Position numbers and translations under genes: made by a program. Below the pieces are notes generated by a model. The model was not told the DNA's origin, did no database searches, and saw only the letters and a program-made list of their open reading frames with translations. A stretch of DNA of 64,000 nucleotides from Octopus vulgaris (lineage: Eukaryota): assembly GCA_951406725.2 (NCBI GenBank), contig OX597817.1, positions 17,112,001 to 17,176,000 of the forward strand, read 5' to 3'. Shown piece after piece: positions 38,475-49,803 of the stretch (positions are counted from its first letter, which is position 1; every line of letters starts with the position of its first letter).

Positions 38475-38829
38475 TATAAAATAAAAATAGAATCCACTAA
38501 GAAAAGATAATGTTAAATTGTGTCTGTGACTCAAGTCTTCTCTTGCATAAGATTGTTGTTCTAAAGGTGTTTAGTAAAGACATAGAAATAATTCACCTTA
38601 GAAAAGATGTTTAGTTTCAGGCCAGGCCTAATCTAGCTTATAATCAATGATGTTCCACCTAAAATCATGCAGTCATTGTGGTGGGGAGTTTTGGGAAAGC
38701 TGTCCCTCATGAGAAAGAAAAAGAGTACAGAAGTGTGTATGTGTGTGGTGAGGGGGAGGAATTTTTAAAAAACCCATGCCAGCATGGAAAATGATGATGA
38801 ATCGTAATTTCTATTGTTTGATGTGTGTG

Positions 38830-38859
<30 letters not shown>

Positions 38860-38865
<6 letters not shown>

Positions 38866-39095
38866 GCAATGGGTAAATTGTCGCCATTTTATATTTTTAA
38901 TTTTGTGCATGAGCATTGTTTGTTTTTGATTTTGTTAAATACTCAGTATAGTAGGGTCAGTTGGGCACTGTCTGTGAGAAAAACAGCACCATGACACAAT
39001 TCACTCTACCAGGAATTTGGAAATGACATGCTGTACTGCTTGGCATTTGTGCCAGAAGTTCCAACATGAATATTTCAGAGTGTTTAGGTGTCAGT
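38860..39095 (+). mobile_element. Tc1/mariner-like left-end fragment
   Basis: TA followed by GGGTGCAATGGGTAAATTGTCGCCAT within a TA microsatellite; no partner TIR seen. Confidence 0.35.
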
Positions 39096-39186
39096 TTTGA
39101 GCGTGGTCATTGCCAGTGTCACCTGTCTGGCTCCTGTGCTGGTGGCATGTAAAATGCATCATTTGTGCATGGTTGATGCCAGTACC

Positions 39187-39418
39187 TATTTCTTTACTAC
39201 CCACAAGGGGCTAAACACAGAAGGGGCAAACAAGGACAGACAAACGGATTAAGTCGATTATATCGACCCCAGTGTGTAACTGGTACTTATTTAATCCACC
39301 CCGAAAGGATCAAAGGCAAAGTCGACCTCGGCGGAATTTGAACTCAGAACATAACGGCAGACGAAGTACGGCTACGCATTTCGCCCGGCGTGTTAACGAT
39401 TCTGCCAGCTCGCCGCCT
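39187..39418 (-). mobile_element. SINE family C upstream of GRWD1
   Basis: Reverse complement of the 11845 copy. Confidence 0.85.
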
Positions 39419-39684
39419 AGATAGATATGAGAGAGAGAGAGGTGTAAAGGGAATGATACTCTACTCTTTTGGCATAAAGTATGGAACTTCAATGGATAGT
39501 TATTCCAAAACTTTGCTGTCTTGTGTATCGAGAATGACACTATTCAGTAGGTTATCATTTTTCCAAGATGACCAAATATCATTGAATGGAGATTTAGCAA
39601 AATCAGCTCCTCTTCTCCATCATTACGAGATACAAGATCTCCACCTACGGCAAGGCCGGTAATTCTTGCTAAACTCTAGTTTTG

Positions 39685-39737
39685 TGAGCATGCGCATTGT
39701 GTAATATTGAGGCACGTGTAATAATAAGATGGCTGAA
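39685..39737 (+). promoter_or_regulatory. Housekeeping-type proximal promoter motifs of GRWD1
   Basis: GCATGCGCA (NRF1/EWG-like), E-box CACGTG, and AAGATGGCTG (YY1-like) overlapping the start codon; motif match only. Confidence 0.45.
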
Positions 39738-39882
39738 ATGGATGAATCCGTCGAGAGAAAAGAAGACAGTGATTCCGAAATGGATGAGATGGAGACAGAA
39801 GATCATAATGCCGAAGATGCGGAAGAGGAAGAATTAGAATTTGATGACAGTGCTTACGTCATGTATCATCAAGCAAACTTGG
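39729..39882 (+). CDS. GRWD1: Glutamate-rich WD repeat protein 1 (Rrb1 homologue), exon 1
   Basis: aagATGg start; acidic N-terminus ending EEELEFDDSAYVMYHQANL(G); GT donor at 39883 (phase 1). Confidence 0.88.
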
Positions 39883-40157
39883 GTATATTATTTATTTGAC
39901 TTTAGCCATTTCCTTCTTTATTTTTTCATAAATGTTTCTTACGATTGCAATAACAACATTTTATGTAATTATTAATTGATCGTATATAATTTAAAATCTG
40001 TCTCCTTTATATGTACCTAAATCGAAAGCTTTAGGCACATGTAGGTGCCAGATGTCGACGAAGATCGTTCTGAGTTTGAACCCAGAAACAAACTTGTAAT
40101 CCTGGCGTTTCCCTAACTTCAGTAAACTTTCGTTTAATACATTTATAGTACAGATCT

Positions 40158-40545
40158 GTGGAGGCGCAATGGCCCAGTGGTTAGGGCAGCGGACTTGCGG
40201 TCGTAGGATCGCGGTTTCGATTCCCAGACCGGGCGTTGTGAGTGTTTATTGAGCGAAAACACCTAAAGCTCCACGAGGCTCCGGCAGGGGATGGTGGTGA
40301 TCCCTGCTGTACTCTTTCACCACAACTTTCTCTCACTCTTACTTCCTGTTTCTGTTGTACCTGTATTTCAAGGGGCCGGCCTTGTCACTCTCTGTGTCAC
40401 GCTGAATATCCCCGAGAACTACGTTAACGGTACACGTGTCTGTGGAGTGCTCAGCCACTTACACGTTAATTTCACGAGCAGGCTGTTCCGTTGATTCGGA
40501 TCAACCGGAACCCTCGTCGTCGGAACCGACGGAGTGCTTCCATCC
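40158..40545 (+). mobile_element. Young CpG-rich tRNA-derived SINE in GRWD1 intron 1
   Basis: TGGCCCAGTGGTTAGG A box, GTTTCGATTCCC B box; perfect 11-bp TSD AGTACAGATCT at 40147 and 40546. Confidence 0.9.
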
Positions 40546-40675
40546 AGTACAGATCTAGTTAGATTTTGTCTGTCACATCTATTCTTAAAACTTCAATTAT
40601 GTTCTTAATCGAAGTATTACTTTCCGTGTTTACTGAAAGTCTATCATTATCCTCGTTCGTTGCTTTTTTGTTTAG

Positions 40676-40947
40676 GCTCACCGTGTCTCAGTTTTGATGT
40701 CCTGTTGGATGGTCTTGGTGACAATAGAGAAGAATTTCCTCTTACACTAAGTCTTGTGGCTGGAAGTCAGTCCCCAAAGGACCATAACGACATTATTACT
40801 GTGATGAAAATGAGCAATTTGCAGCGTATTAAGCATAAAACAGCCGATGAAAGTGATTCGGACTCTTCAGAGAGCGAAGATGAAGATGATAAACCCGATC
40901 TAGAAACTACCACTCTCAATCATCCGGGATGTGTTAATCGAATTAGG
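40676..40947 (+). CDS. GRWD1: GRWD1 exon 2
   Basis: tttag acceptor; GSPCLSFDVLLDGLGDNREEFPLT...MKMSNL, acidic tract, HPGCVNRIR (CAF1C_H4-bd-type region); GTGAGT donor. Confidence 0.95.
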
Positions 40948-41064
40948 GTGAGTATGATTTCTTATATTTTAATTTTATAAATAATGTTTGGGGTTAACAA
41001 AAATGTTATATAGAAATAATACATTTCTAAATCTCTCAGAGAGATGTATACAGTAGCAGCACAA

Positions 41065-41226
41065 TAAAGTGTTGGTATGTTGTCAACTCAATGTAAGTCC
41101 CAAGAAAGGGAAGAATGCTATTTAGCCCTACGAAACACGGTTTCCTGTTTCCTAGGGCTAAATAGCAGTAGCATTCTTCCCTTTCATGGGACTGTCACAT
41201 TAAGTTGACAACATACTATCACTTTA
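41065..41226. mobile_element. About 160-bp palindromic element (MITE-like, possibly Kolobok-type) in GRWD1 intron 2
   Basis: Near-perfect inverted repeat with an 8-nt loop; ends ATAA-AGTG ... CACT-TTAA. Confidence 0.75.
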
Positions 41227-41253
41227 AAAATTTTATATGTTTAATATATTGAT

Positions 41254-41507
41254 CCCCCGTGCCGGTGGCACGTAAAAAGCACCATCCGACCGTGGCCGTT
41301 TGCCAGACTCGTCTGGCACCTGTGCCAGTGGCACGTAAAAAGCACCCACTACACTCACGGAGTGGTTGGCATTAGGAAGGGCATCCAGTCGTAGAAACAT
41401 TGCCAGATCAAACTGGGCCTGGTGCAGCCTTCTGGCTTCCCAGACCCCAGTTGAACCGTCCAACCCATGCTAGCATGGAAAGCGGACGCTAAACGATGAT
41501 GATGATG
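41254..41507 (+). mobile_element. Family A copy, GRWD1 intron 2 (the only well-preserved sense copy in the gene)
   Basis: Subrepeats + (GAT)n tail. Confidence 0.88.
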
Positions 41508-43374
41508 TCTCTTTCTAGTCTAAGAGAGTCTTACATTTTCTGTTGCCTCTAGTTCATGAAAGTACTCTTGTAGTCTGATGGTACGTGTAGGGGATACGAC
41601 AGATTCATGGGAGTGGAGGTGAAAAAAAGGACTAAAACTAACACCTAGAAGAAGGATTGTTTATACTTTCTGTTTGTTGTTAGGGAAAACAAATAGGATT
41701 GAAGACAAGTTTAATAATTATTGTTTCATCTGTTGGAGATGCAAGTGTGATATCTTTTGTGGCTGGATGCCTTTCCTAACACCAATCATTTTATAGAGTT
41801 TACTGGGTGGTTTTCTTTTTGTGACTCAGGGATTTGTTAAGCCCTCTCAAGTGTATGGGATTGTAGTAGAGGTGTAAGTGGTTTTATGTTAGGTGTTTTG
41901 CTATAAAAAAGATACATGGCTACTCTGCATCATATAGGAGTGGGTGAAAGTAGCTGGAAAGATAAAAATGTTAGTGACAAGGTGTCAGAACATACTCTTG
42001 AGACGAGTATAAGAGAGGATATGAGCTGAGGATTTGGACGAATAAGTTCACAGGAGTGTGAGATGAGATTGACAAGTGGGTAGAGACAGTAGAGGGGTAA
42101 ATGTTCATGTAGTGAATGATATGTGGTCAGTGGTAAATATCAGTATTGGGTAGATGGTAAAATAAATAGTAAGGAGTGTGTGAGAAGTGCAGGAATGGTG
42201 GAGAGCAGCAGTATAATAAACTTGTAGATAGATCAGAAAATAGGGAGATGATGTGCAAGGTAAAAGAGTCAGAGTAGAGAGAGAGAGACGTACAGGAACA
42301 GAGATGGAAATTAGAGATATGTAGTAGTGACTGTAGTGAAGGTGGAGATACAAAAGGGTGTTAAAGATGAGGTATGGCAGTCCTAAGATGTAACTCAGAG
42401 GAGAAGAGATACCTGGTGACACAGGAAAAAGAAATTAGTAGAAAATAAAGTAGGAAGGAATGGTATTAAAAGAATTAGAAGCAGAGAGGTGAGTTAATTA
42501 CTAACATAAAGGAGAAGTATTTGCAGATTCTGTTGTCATATGACTACAGCAGCTGAATAGTACTATTGTTAGGAGAGTGATGGAGGACTGGATGTTAGAA
42601 AGATGAGAAGTGGGGAAAGCATGACTGAAAAAGATTGGGTGCAGAGGCAGGGGCCAACGAATGTATAAACATAAGCCTAATGCTTCAGAATGTGATTTGG
42701 ATCTTTTCTGTTTGATAGACGGAATTTTCTAGTTAACTAAAAAATTTGAAACTTCGTATACTGGTAGAATGTGTCAAAAGAAAACATTATTGTTAAACAA
42801 AATTGAAAACAAAATTGTAATTCGTACGAATTTTAACCAATGAAATCGCAGCATTCGAGCTCAAATTATTTACTGTGTCTAAAAACTCACACGCACACGT
42901 CTTATTCATCCTGTGACAGACAGACCTTATCAGACACATTGAAATGCCAGTTGTGGTGGTCTTTTGTCACCTTCACCGTACGATCAGCCTTCATTACTTT
43001 GTCATATACCTTTCTGGGTCATTGTCCGTCATCATCAAGGTGATCTGCAAAATGGTCTCATAGAATTGATCAGCCTGAGTGCATCTGAGATATTATGTTG
43101 GTTTGAATATGTAATGCAAACAATTGACATAACTAGGTGATAGTGCCGTGAATTGCTCATGCAAAAAATTCCATATTGGCGGCAGGTTACAGAATTGTTT
43201 AGATATACTAGGGGTTAGAGACGAGCTTATATGATGAAAATTTGCAAAGATATATTACCACCCTATCCATTTCATTTTAGCATATTTAAGTGATTATGAC
43301 AATGATGATGATGATGTTGATTCGGTCAGTACATGAACTTTCTATTATATAATAGAGTATTTGTTTCCTTTCAG

Positions 43375-43585
43375 GCAACAGAGATAAACAACAAGAAGTA
43401 TGCTGCCACTTGGTCAATGAATGGAAAAGTATATATATGGGATTTATCTAAACCATATGAAGCCATCAATGATACAGAGAAATTGAGCTACTATATCCGG
43501 AATTGTTTATCTCCAGATCCAATTTTCAATTTTTCTGGTCACCGTGGAGAAGGATATGCTTTAGATTGGTCTAGAATCACTCCTG
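43375..43585 (+). CDS. GRWD1: GRWD1 exon 3
   Basis: ttcag acceptor; ATEINNKKYAATWSMNGKVYIWDL...FSGHRGEGYALDWSRITP; GTAAAT donor. Confidence 0.95.
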
Positions 43586-43659
43586 GTAAATTCCTAGTTG
43601 TTATCTTTTAAAATGCTGCCACTACACCAGTTAGTGCTTGTGCACCTCTCTCTCTCTCT

Positions 43660-44076
43660 CTTTTACTCTTACTCTTTTACTTGTTTCAATCATTTGACTG
43701 CGGCCATGCTGGAGCACCGCCTTTAGTCGAGCAAATCAACCCCAGGACTTATTTTTTGTAAGCCCAGTACTTATTCTATCGGTCTCTTTTGCTGAACCGC
43801 TAAGTGACAGGGACGTAAACACACCAGCATCGGTTGTCAAGCAATGCTAGAGGGACAAACACAGACACACAAACATATACACACATACATATAAACATAT
43901 ATATACATATATACGACAGGCTTCTTTCAGTTTCCGTCTACCAAATCCACTCACAAGGCATTGGTCGGCCCAGGGCTATAGCAGAAGACACTTGCCCAAG
44001 ATGCCATGCAGTGGGACTGAACCCGGAACCATGTGGTTCGTAAGCAAGCTACTTACCACACAGCCACTCCTGCGCC
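43660..44076 (-). mobile_element. SINE family B, GRWD1 intron 3
   Basis: Reverse complement, full length. Confidence 0.88.
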
Positions 44077-44911
44077 TTTAGAATTTAAACAGAAAAGTTG
44101 CTTCAGCTTAGAGCCCTTTATACATCTAACTTTTATATGAAATAGAACTATCATTATTGCTATATAATATAATAATAAGATTATAAAGTATGCATCTGTC
44201 TCATTCAAATATATGAATACCTGTCTGAGTTTTGTCGTCCTGGGCTCACCTTCAAGACAGACTAGACAGAACTGATAATATGATCAAATAAAAGTGTTCA
44301 AATATAAGTAAGAAATTCAGAGATAGACAATGCTGAATTATGTTCATGATAGGAAATTGTACCCACCTTCATAAAAGTATATTTTATTGGTTTATGTATT
44401 TTGTTACCAGTCTTTAATCTTTTACTTGTTTCAGTTATTAGATTGTGGCCATGCTTGGGCACCACCTTGGAGAATTTTTAGCCGAATTAATCAACCCTAG
44501 TACTTATTTTTTGTTAAGTTTCGTACTTGTTCTATTGGTCACTTTTGCTGACACTCAACCAATGTATATATATATATATTCAGTTTCCATCTACCAAATC
44601 CAGTCACAAGTCTTTGGTATGCCCAGGGTTATAAAAAACACTTGCCCAAGGTGCTATGCAGTGGGACTGAACCTGGAGCCATATGGCTGGGAAGCGAGCT
44701 TCTTACCACATAGATGTGTCTACAGTTGTTATTTATAACTTCCCACATGCAATTATAGTGTATAAAAATATTCATATTGCTTAATATTAAAATATAGTTG
44801 ATTCAAGTAAAGGTAGAAATATACTTTCTGCTCCAATCTATCTCTTTAATGATCAAATCTACAATTAGAATTTATGTAGCAGCTATTATTGAGTAAGTTG
44901 TAGTTTGCCCG

Positions 44912-45297
44912 TCATCATCATCATTGTTTAACGTCCGCTTTCCATGCTGGCATGGGTTGGACGGTTCAACTGGGGTCTGGGAAGCCAGAAGGCTGCACCA
45001 GGCCCAGTCTGATCTGGCAGTGTTTCTATAGCTGGATGCCCTTCCTAACGCCAACCACTCCGTAAGTGTAGTGGGTGCTTTTTACGTGCCAGACGAGACT
45101 GGCAAACGCCCACGATTGGATGGTGCTTTTTACGTGTCACCGGCACGGGGACCAGACGAAGCTGGCAACAGCCACGATCGAATGGTGCTTTTTACGTGCC
45201 ACCGGCACAGATGCCAGTCGGGCGACGCTGGCTACAGCCACGTTCGGATGGTTCTCCTACGTGCCACTGGCACTGGTATCACAGCTACAAATTCCAT
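44912..45297 (-). mobile_element. Family A copy, GRWD1 intron 3
   Basis: Reverse complement, four subrepeats. Confidence 0.88.
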
Positions 45298-45385
45298 ATA
45301 TTAGTAATTAGTTTGGTAATTTTCAGTTTTGTACCTTGAGACATAAACCACATTAATTACATTTATATGTTTTGTTCGTTTTCAG

Positions 45386-45528
45386 GCCAATTAGCATCAG
45401 GTGATTGCAACAAAAATATTTACCTTTGGAAGCTAAAATCGGATTCTAATTGGTGTGTTGAACCAGCTCCCTACTGCAGCCACTCAGACTCTGTAGAAGA
45501 CATCCAGTGGTCACCCACAGAAGCCAAT
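45386..45528 (+). CDS. GRWD1: GRWD1 exon 4
   Basis: ttcag acceptor; GQLASGDCNKNIYLW...HSDSVEDIQWSPTEAN; GTGAGT donor. Confidence 0.95.
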
Positions 45529-45552
45529 GTGAGTTCCTTGATTTTTTTCTTT

Positions 45553-46080
45553 CTCCGTTTTCCATGCTAGCATGGGTTGGACGGTTCGACCAGTGTCTGG
45601 AAAGCCAGGAGACTGCACCAGGCTCCAGTCTGATCTGGCAGTGTTTCTACAGCTGGATGCCCTACCTAACGCCAACCACTCCATGAGTGTAGTGGGTGCT
45701 TTTTATGTGCCACCAGCACAGGGGCCAGGGGAGGCTGGCAAACGGTCATGATCGGTTGGTACTTTTACGTGTCACCAACACAGACGCCAGTCGGGCGGCG
45801 CAGGCATCTGCCACATTCAGACGGTGCTTTTTCCGTGTCACTGGCACGGGTATCTTAACTACAATTTCCATTTGATTTTTATTTTGATGTTGATGTACTT
45901 GACTCAATAGGTCTCCTCAAGCACAGTGGGTCACTCTACAATCCAAGGTTAGCACAGCAGGCCATGAACTCACTTCATTTATCGGGTCTTCACAGTCACA
46001 GCATATCTCAGAGGTCTCGGTCTTTGTCATTTCCTCTGTGAGGCCCCACCGGCACGGGTATCACAACTACAATATCCATT
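45553..46080 (-). mobile_element. Family A long copy, GRWD1 intron 4
   Basis: Starts about 25 nt after the exon 4 donor. Confidence 0.85.
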
Positions 46081-47247
46081 CGATGAAAATATATAATCAG
46101 TACAATCCTATAGTCTCTTCATTGGATTGAAATGATCATTATTGATTTAAAGGTTGTGTCACTGGAAGAGAAAAGTTTAAATGATTGAATGTATATTTGT
46201 GTTCAGTATAACAACTGAGTGATTGAAGATTTGGATTCCTAAACGATGTGTGAAAGAACTTCACTTTTGCTAATAATTTTAGGATGCGAGCATGACTGTG
46301 TGGTTAAGTAATTCTTCACAGTCATGTGATGCCAAACTTGCTCCCTTCATACCACATCTTGGCCAACTGTATTCTACCATATCCTCAGTTTAATAGAATC
46401 TCTTGTGTGCGTGAAGATATATATGTATGTGTGTGTGTATGTATGTCACACGTATGTACATGTGTGACTGAAAATCAATTAAGGTTTTTAATCATTTCTG
46501 CAATCTCTGGAGGAATGGGTAAACTTGACATATTTGTATGTGTATAATATAGGTTTACATACAAGTTTGTGTGTAGGTGTGGTTTGTGTGGCAAGTAGTT
46601 TGCTTGTCAACCTTGTTCTGGGTTCATCCCCACTGCGTGGCAATATATGTATATATGTGTTTGTAATCTCAAATAAAGTGGGAAGGGATGGTATTAAAAG
46701 AGTTGCAGAGAAATGAGGTAATTACTAACATAAAGGAGAAGTATTTGCAGATTCTGTTGTCATATGATTACAGCAGCTGAATAGTACTATTGTTAGGAGA
46801 GTGATGGAGGACTGGATGTCAGATGAGAGGTGGGGAAAGCATGACTGAAACAGATCGGGTGCACATCATCTGCTGGCTCTGTGCTTTCAAATTCTCCTGG
46901 AATTATAACTTCCCTTGAGAAACCGTTAAGGGTTGGCATCCCCATCTAATCCTATACATATGTATATATTCAGTTTCCATCTACCAAATCCACTCACAAG
47001 GCTTTGGTTTGCCCAGAATATAAAAATATACTTGCCCAAGGTGCCATGCAGTGGGACTGAACCCCAAACCACATGATTGGGAAGCAAGCTTCTTAACCAC
47101 ACACCCATCCTACATCTATATTTACCTGGAAATCAACTGAGAAGTAGGTATAAAATAAATAAACATGTAAATAAACACTGCATGTTTGTCCTCAATACAC
47201 TGCGATATATTATGTTTGTTTTTTTTTTTTTTTCCATCTTGTTAAAG

Positions 47248-47445
47248 GTATTTGCTTCATGTTCTGTTGATAAAAGTATCAAAGTTTGGGATGCGAGAGT
47301 CTCACCAGCCAAGGCTTGTATGCTGACATGTTCCGGTGCTCATGACTCTGACATTAATGTGATCCACTGGAATCGAAACGATCCTTTCTTAGTGTCCGGA
47401 GGGGATGATGGAGTTATAAAGATTTGGGATCTGCGCCAATTTCAA
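47248..47445 (+). CDS. GRWD1: GRWD1 exon 5
   Basis: poly-T tract + aag acceptor; [17 protein letters not shown]...[12 protein letters not shown]...[17 protein letters not shown]; GTAAGT donor. Confidence 0.95.
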
Positions 47446-47526
47446 GTAAGTAAAACGGGAATTAAATTAAATGTTTCTGAAGAATTGTAAAATAAATATT
47501 GTAAATAAGACATATTTTCATATCAT

Positions 47527-47876
47527 CATCATCATCATCATCATTTAACGTCCGCTTTCCATGCTAGCATGGGTTGGACGGTTCAACTGGGGTCTGGGGA
47601 GCCCGAAGGCTGCACCAGGCCAGTCAGATCTGGCAATGTTTCTACAGCTGGATGCCCTTCCTAACGCCAACCACTCCGTGAGTGTAGTGGGTGCTTTTTA
47701 CGTGCCACCTGCACAGGTGCCAGGCGAGGCTGGCAGACGGCCACGGTCGGATTGGTGTATTTTATGTGCCACCGGCACGGAAGCCAGTCGAGGCGGCGCT
47801 GGCATCGGCCACGAGTCGGATAGTGCTTTTTACGTACCACCAGTCCAGGGATCCTGGCTGGTTCAATTCGATTTCG
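47527..47876 (-). mobile_element. Family A copy with a 43-bp TSD, GRWD1 intron 5
   Basis: ATTGTAAAATAAATATTGTAAATAAGACATATTTTCATATCAT at 47484 and 47877. Confidence 0.9.
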
Positions 47877-48036
47877 ATTGTAAAATAAATATTGTAAATA
47901 AGACATATTTTCATATCATGATCATTATATTTATTAAGAGGTTTTTGTTTCTTTTTAGTTTTGTGAAGTATTAATCATCCGATTCTGGATCTTACTTGAT
48001 CCATTTTCCACTGAATATTCCTTCATTTATGTTTCC

Positions 48037-48465
48037 ATCATCATCATCATCATCATCGTTTAACGTCCGTTCTCCATGCTAGCATGGGTTGGACGGTTCG
48101 ACCGGGGTCTGGGAAGCCAGGGGCTGCTCCAGGCTCCAGTCTGATCTGGCAGAGTTTCTACGGCTGGATGCCCTTCCTAACGCCAACCACTCCGCGAGTG
48201 TAGTGGGTGCTTTTTACGTGCCACCTGCACAGGTGCCAGGGGGTGGGGGGTTCGGCATCGGCCACGATCGGTTGGAGCATTTAACGTGCCAGCGGCACGG
48301 AAGCCAGCCAAGGCGGCGCTGGCAACGTTCGGATGGTGCTTTTTATGTGCCACCGGCACAGAAGCCAGTCGGGGCGGCGCTGGCATCGGCCACGTTCGGA
48401 TAGTGCTTTTTATGTGCCACCGGCACAGGCATCACAACTACTATTTCCATTGATATTTATTTCGA
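48037..48465 (-). mobile_element. Family A copy, GRWD1 intron 5
   Basis: Four subrepeats. Confidence 0.88.
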
Positions 48466-49274
48466 CTTTCCTTCTGGAAATATAATACATATATTGTTGT
48501 ATGCGATTTTTGTTAAAGCTCACTTAAATGTGATGACCACCCAAAGTTTATATGTGAAGTTAGAAGCTTATCCAATTACTGACATAAAACAACTTTCTTC
48601 TGCATATTAAAATAATCCCTGATGAGCTAGAGTTCATCATCATCATCGTTTAGCATCCGCATTTCCATGCTGGCATGGGTTGGACAGTTCAACTGGGGTC
48701 TGGGAAGCCAGGGGGCTGCTCCAGGCTCCAGTCTGATCTGGCAATGTTTTTACGGCTGGATGCCCTTCCTAACGCCAATCACTCCGTGAGTTACAGACTA
48801 GAAATATTTCTTGATATTACCACGAGGCTTTGAATTTAGGAGATGGGTAGAATTGATTAAACTGGTTCTTTATTTCATTTACCCCTGAATAGTGAAAGGT
48901 AAAATTGATTGGGTTTGAATTCAAAGCATAACTAAAATACTGTAGGGCATTTTGGCTGATGTTGTAATGACACTCCTAATCCACTACTGCTACAGTCTAA
49001 GTGTTATTTCTACATATTTTTATTTTTGCAATGTTTACATATACATATTTTATATCGTCCAAACTGTTGCAGCATAGTATTACACTGTCATCTAGCAATT
49101 TCTATTGTGACTCTGCTATGTGACTCATTGATATTTTCAGTAGATATTTTTTTTAATAAGCAATCAGCACAATCGGCCTATGCCAACTGTCCTAGTATCT
49201 TAGCAGAAGTACCATTGCATAGATAACTCAAGAAACCATCTCATCAGATAGTTTTAGTTCTCTTTTATTTGATA

Positions 49275-49803
49275 CTAGCAGCTAAGCCCGGTTTCACCCG
49301 GTCTGTTTGGATGATGTGGCTGTGATCGTTTTTGGTTAGGCATATGTGAATGAAAATTAAGTTCAGATTTCTACATGGTAGCTAGACCTGGTAGAAATAG
49401 CAGCCAAATCTCCCTCAAAACATCCTACTGCCTTAATCCGACAATTGTGCCTGTCATGTAGTTTGAATGAGAAACTGTAACTAAAGATTAAGGTTATTAA
49501 CCCCACAAAGAGGTGAAAGAAGAGAGACAGTATAGCAAAAGTTTTGGCTGACTGTCATTCTGTACTACCTGTGTTGCTAGCAAAATGGTATATGCCGGCT
49601 GTGTGAGCAACTGGTTGTTTTAATGGCGGAACAAACAGAAATTCCATTAGAAAAGTTTTAATCGATTTTCTCGATAAGTATGGGGGCTAGGGAAAAAATA
49701 CAAACCGCATTCCAATTTCATGCAAATCCACCTAGCTGTTTGGCTGTGAATCTCAAGACAAGAAAGAATACAAAGATCGCCCTTGTCCAATTTATATTAC
49801 AGA
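49275..49803 (-). mobile_element. Non-autonomous Helitron in GRWD1 intron 5
   Basis: - strand A|TC...CTAG|T with subterminal CCGG...CCGG hairpin. Confidence 0.75.

Noticed and set aside
39540-39625. - strand C/D'/C'/D-like boxes (ATGATGG..CTGA..ATGATAA..CTGA) divergent from GRWD1
   Set aside because: Boxes are degenerate, with no terminal stem and no recognisable rRNA guide
40158-40235. tRNA gene
   Set aside because: Head of a TSD-flanked SINE; the cloverleaf does not close
44912-45297. CRISPR-like repeat-spacer pattern (GGTGCTTTTTACGTGCCACCGGCAC units)
   Set aside because: The units are degenerate, the spacers are related between copies, they sit inside a dispersed eukaryotic retroposon, and there are no cas genes
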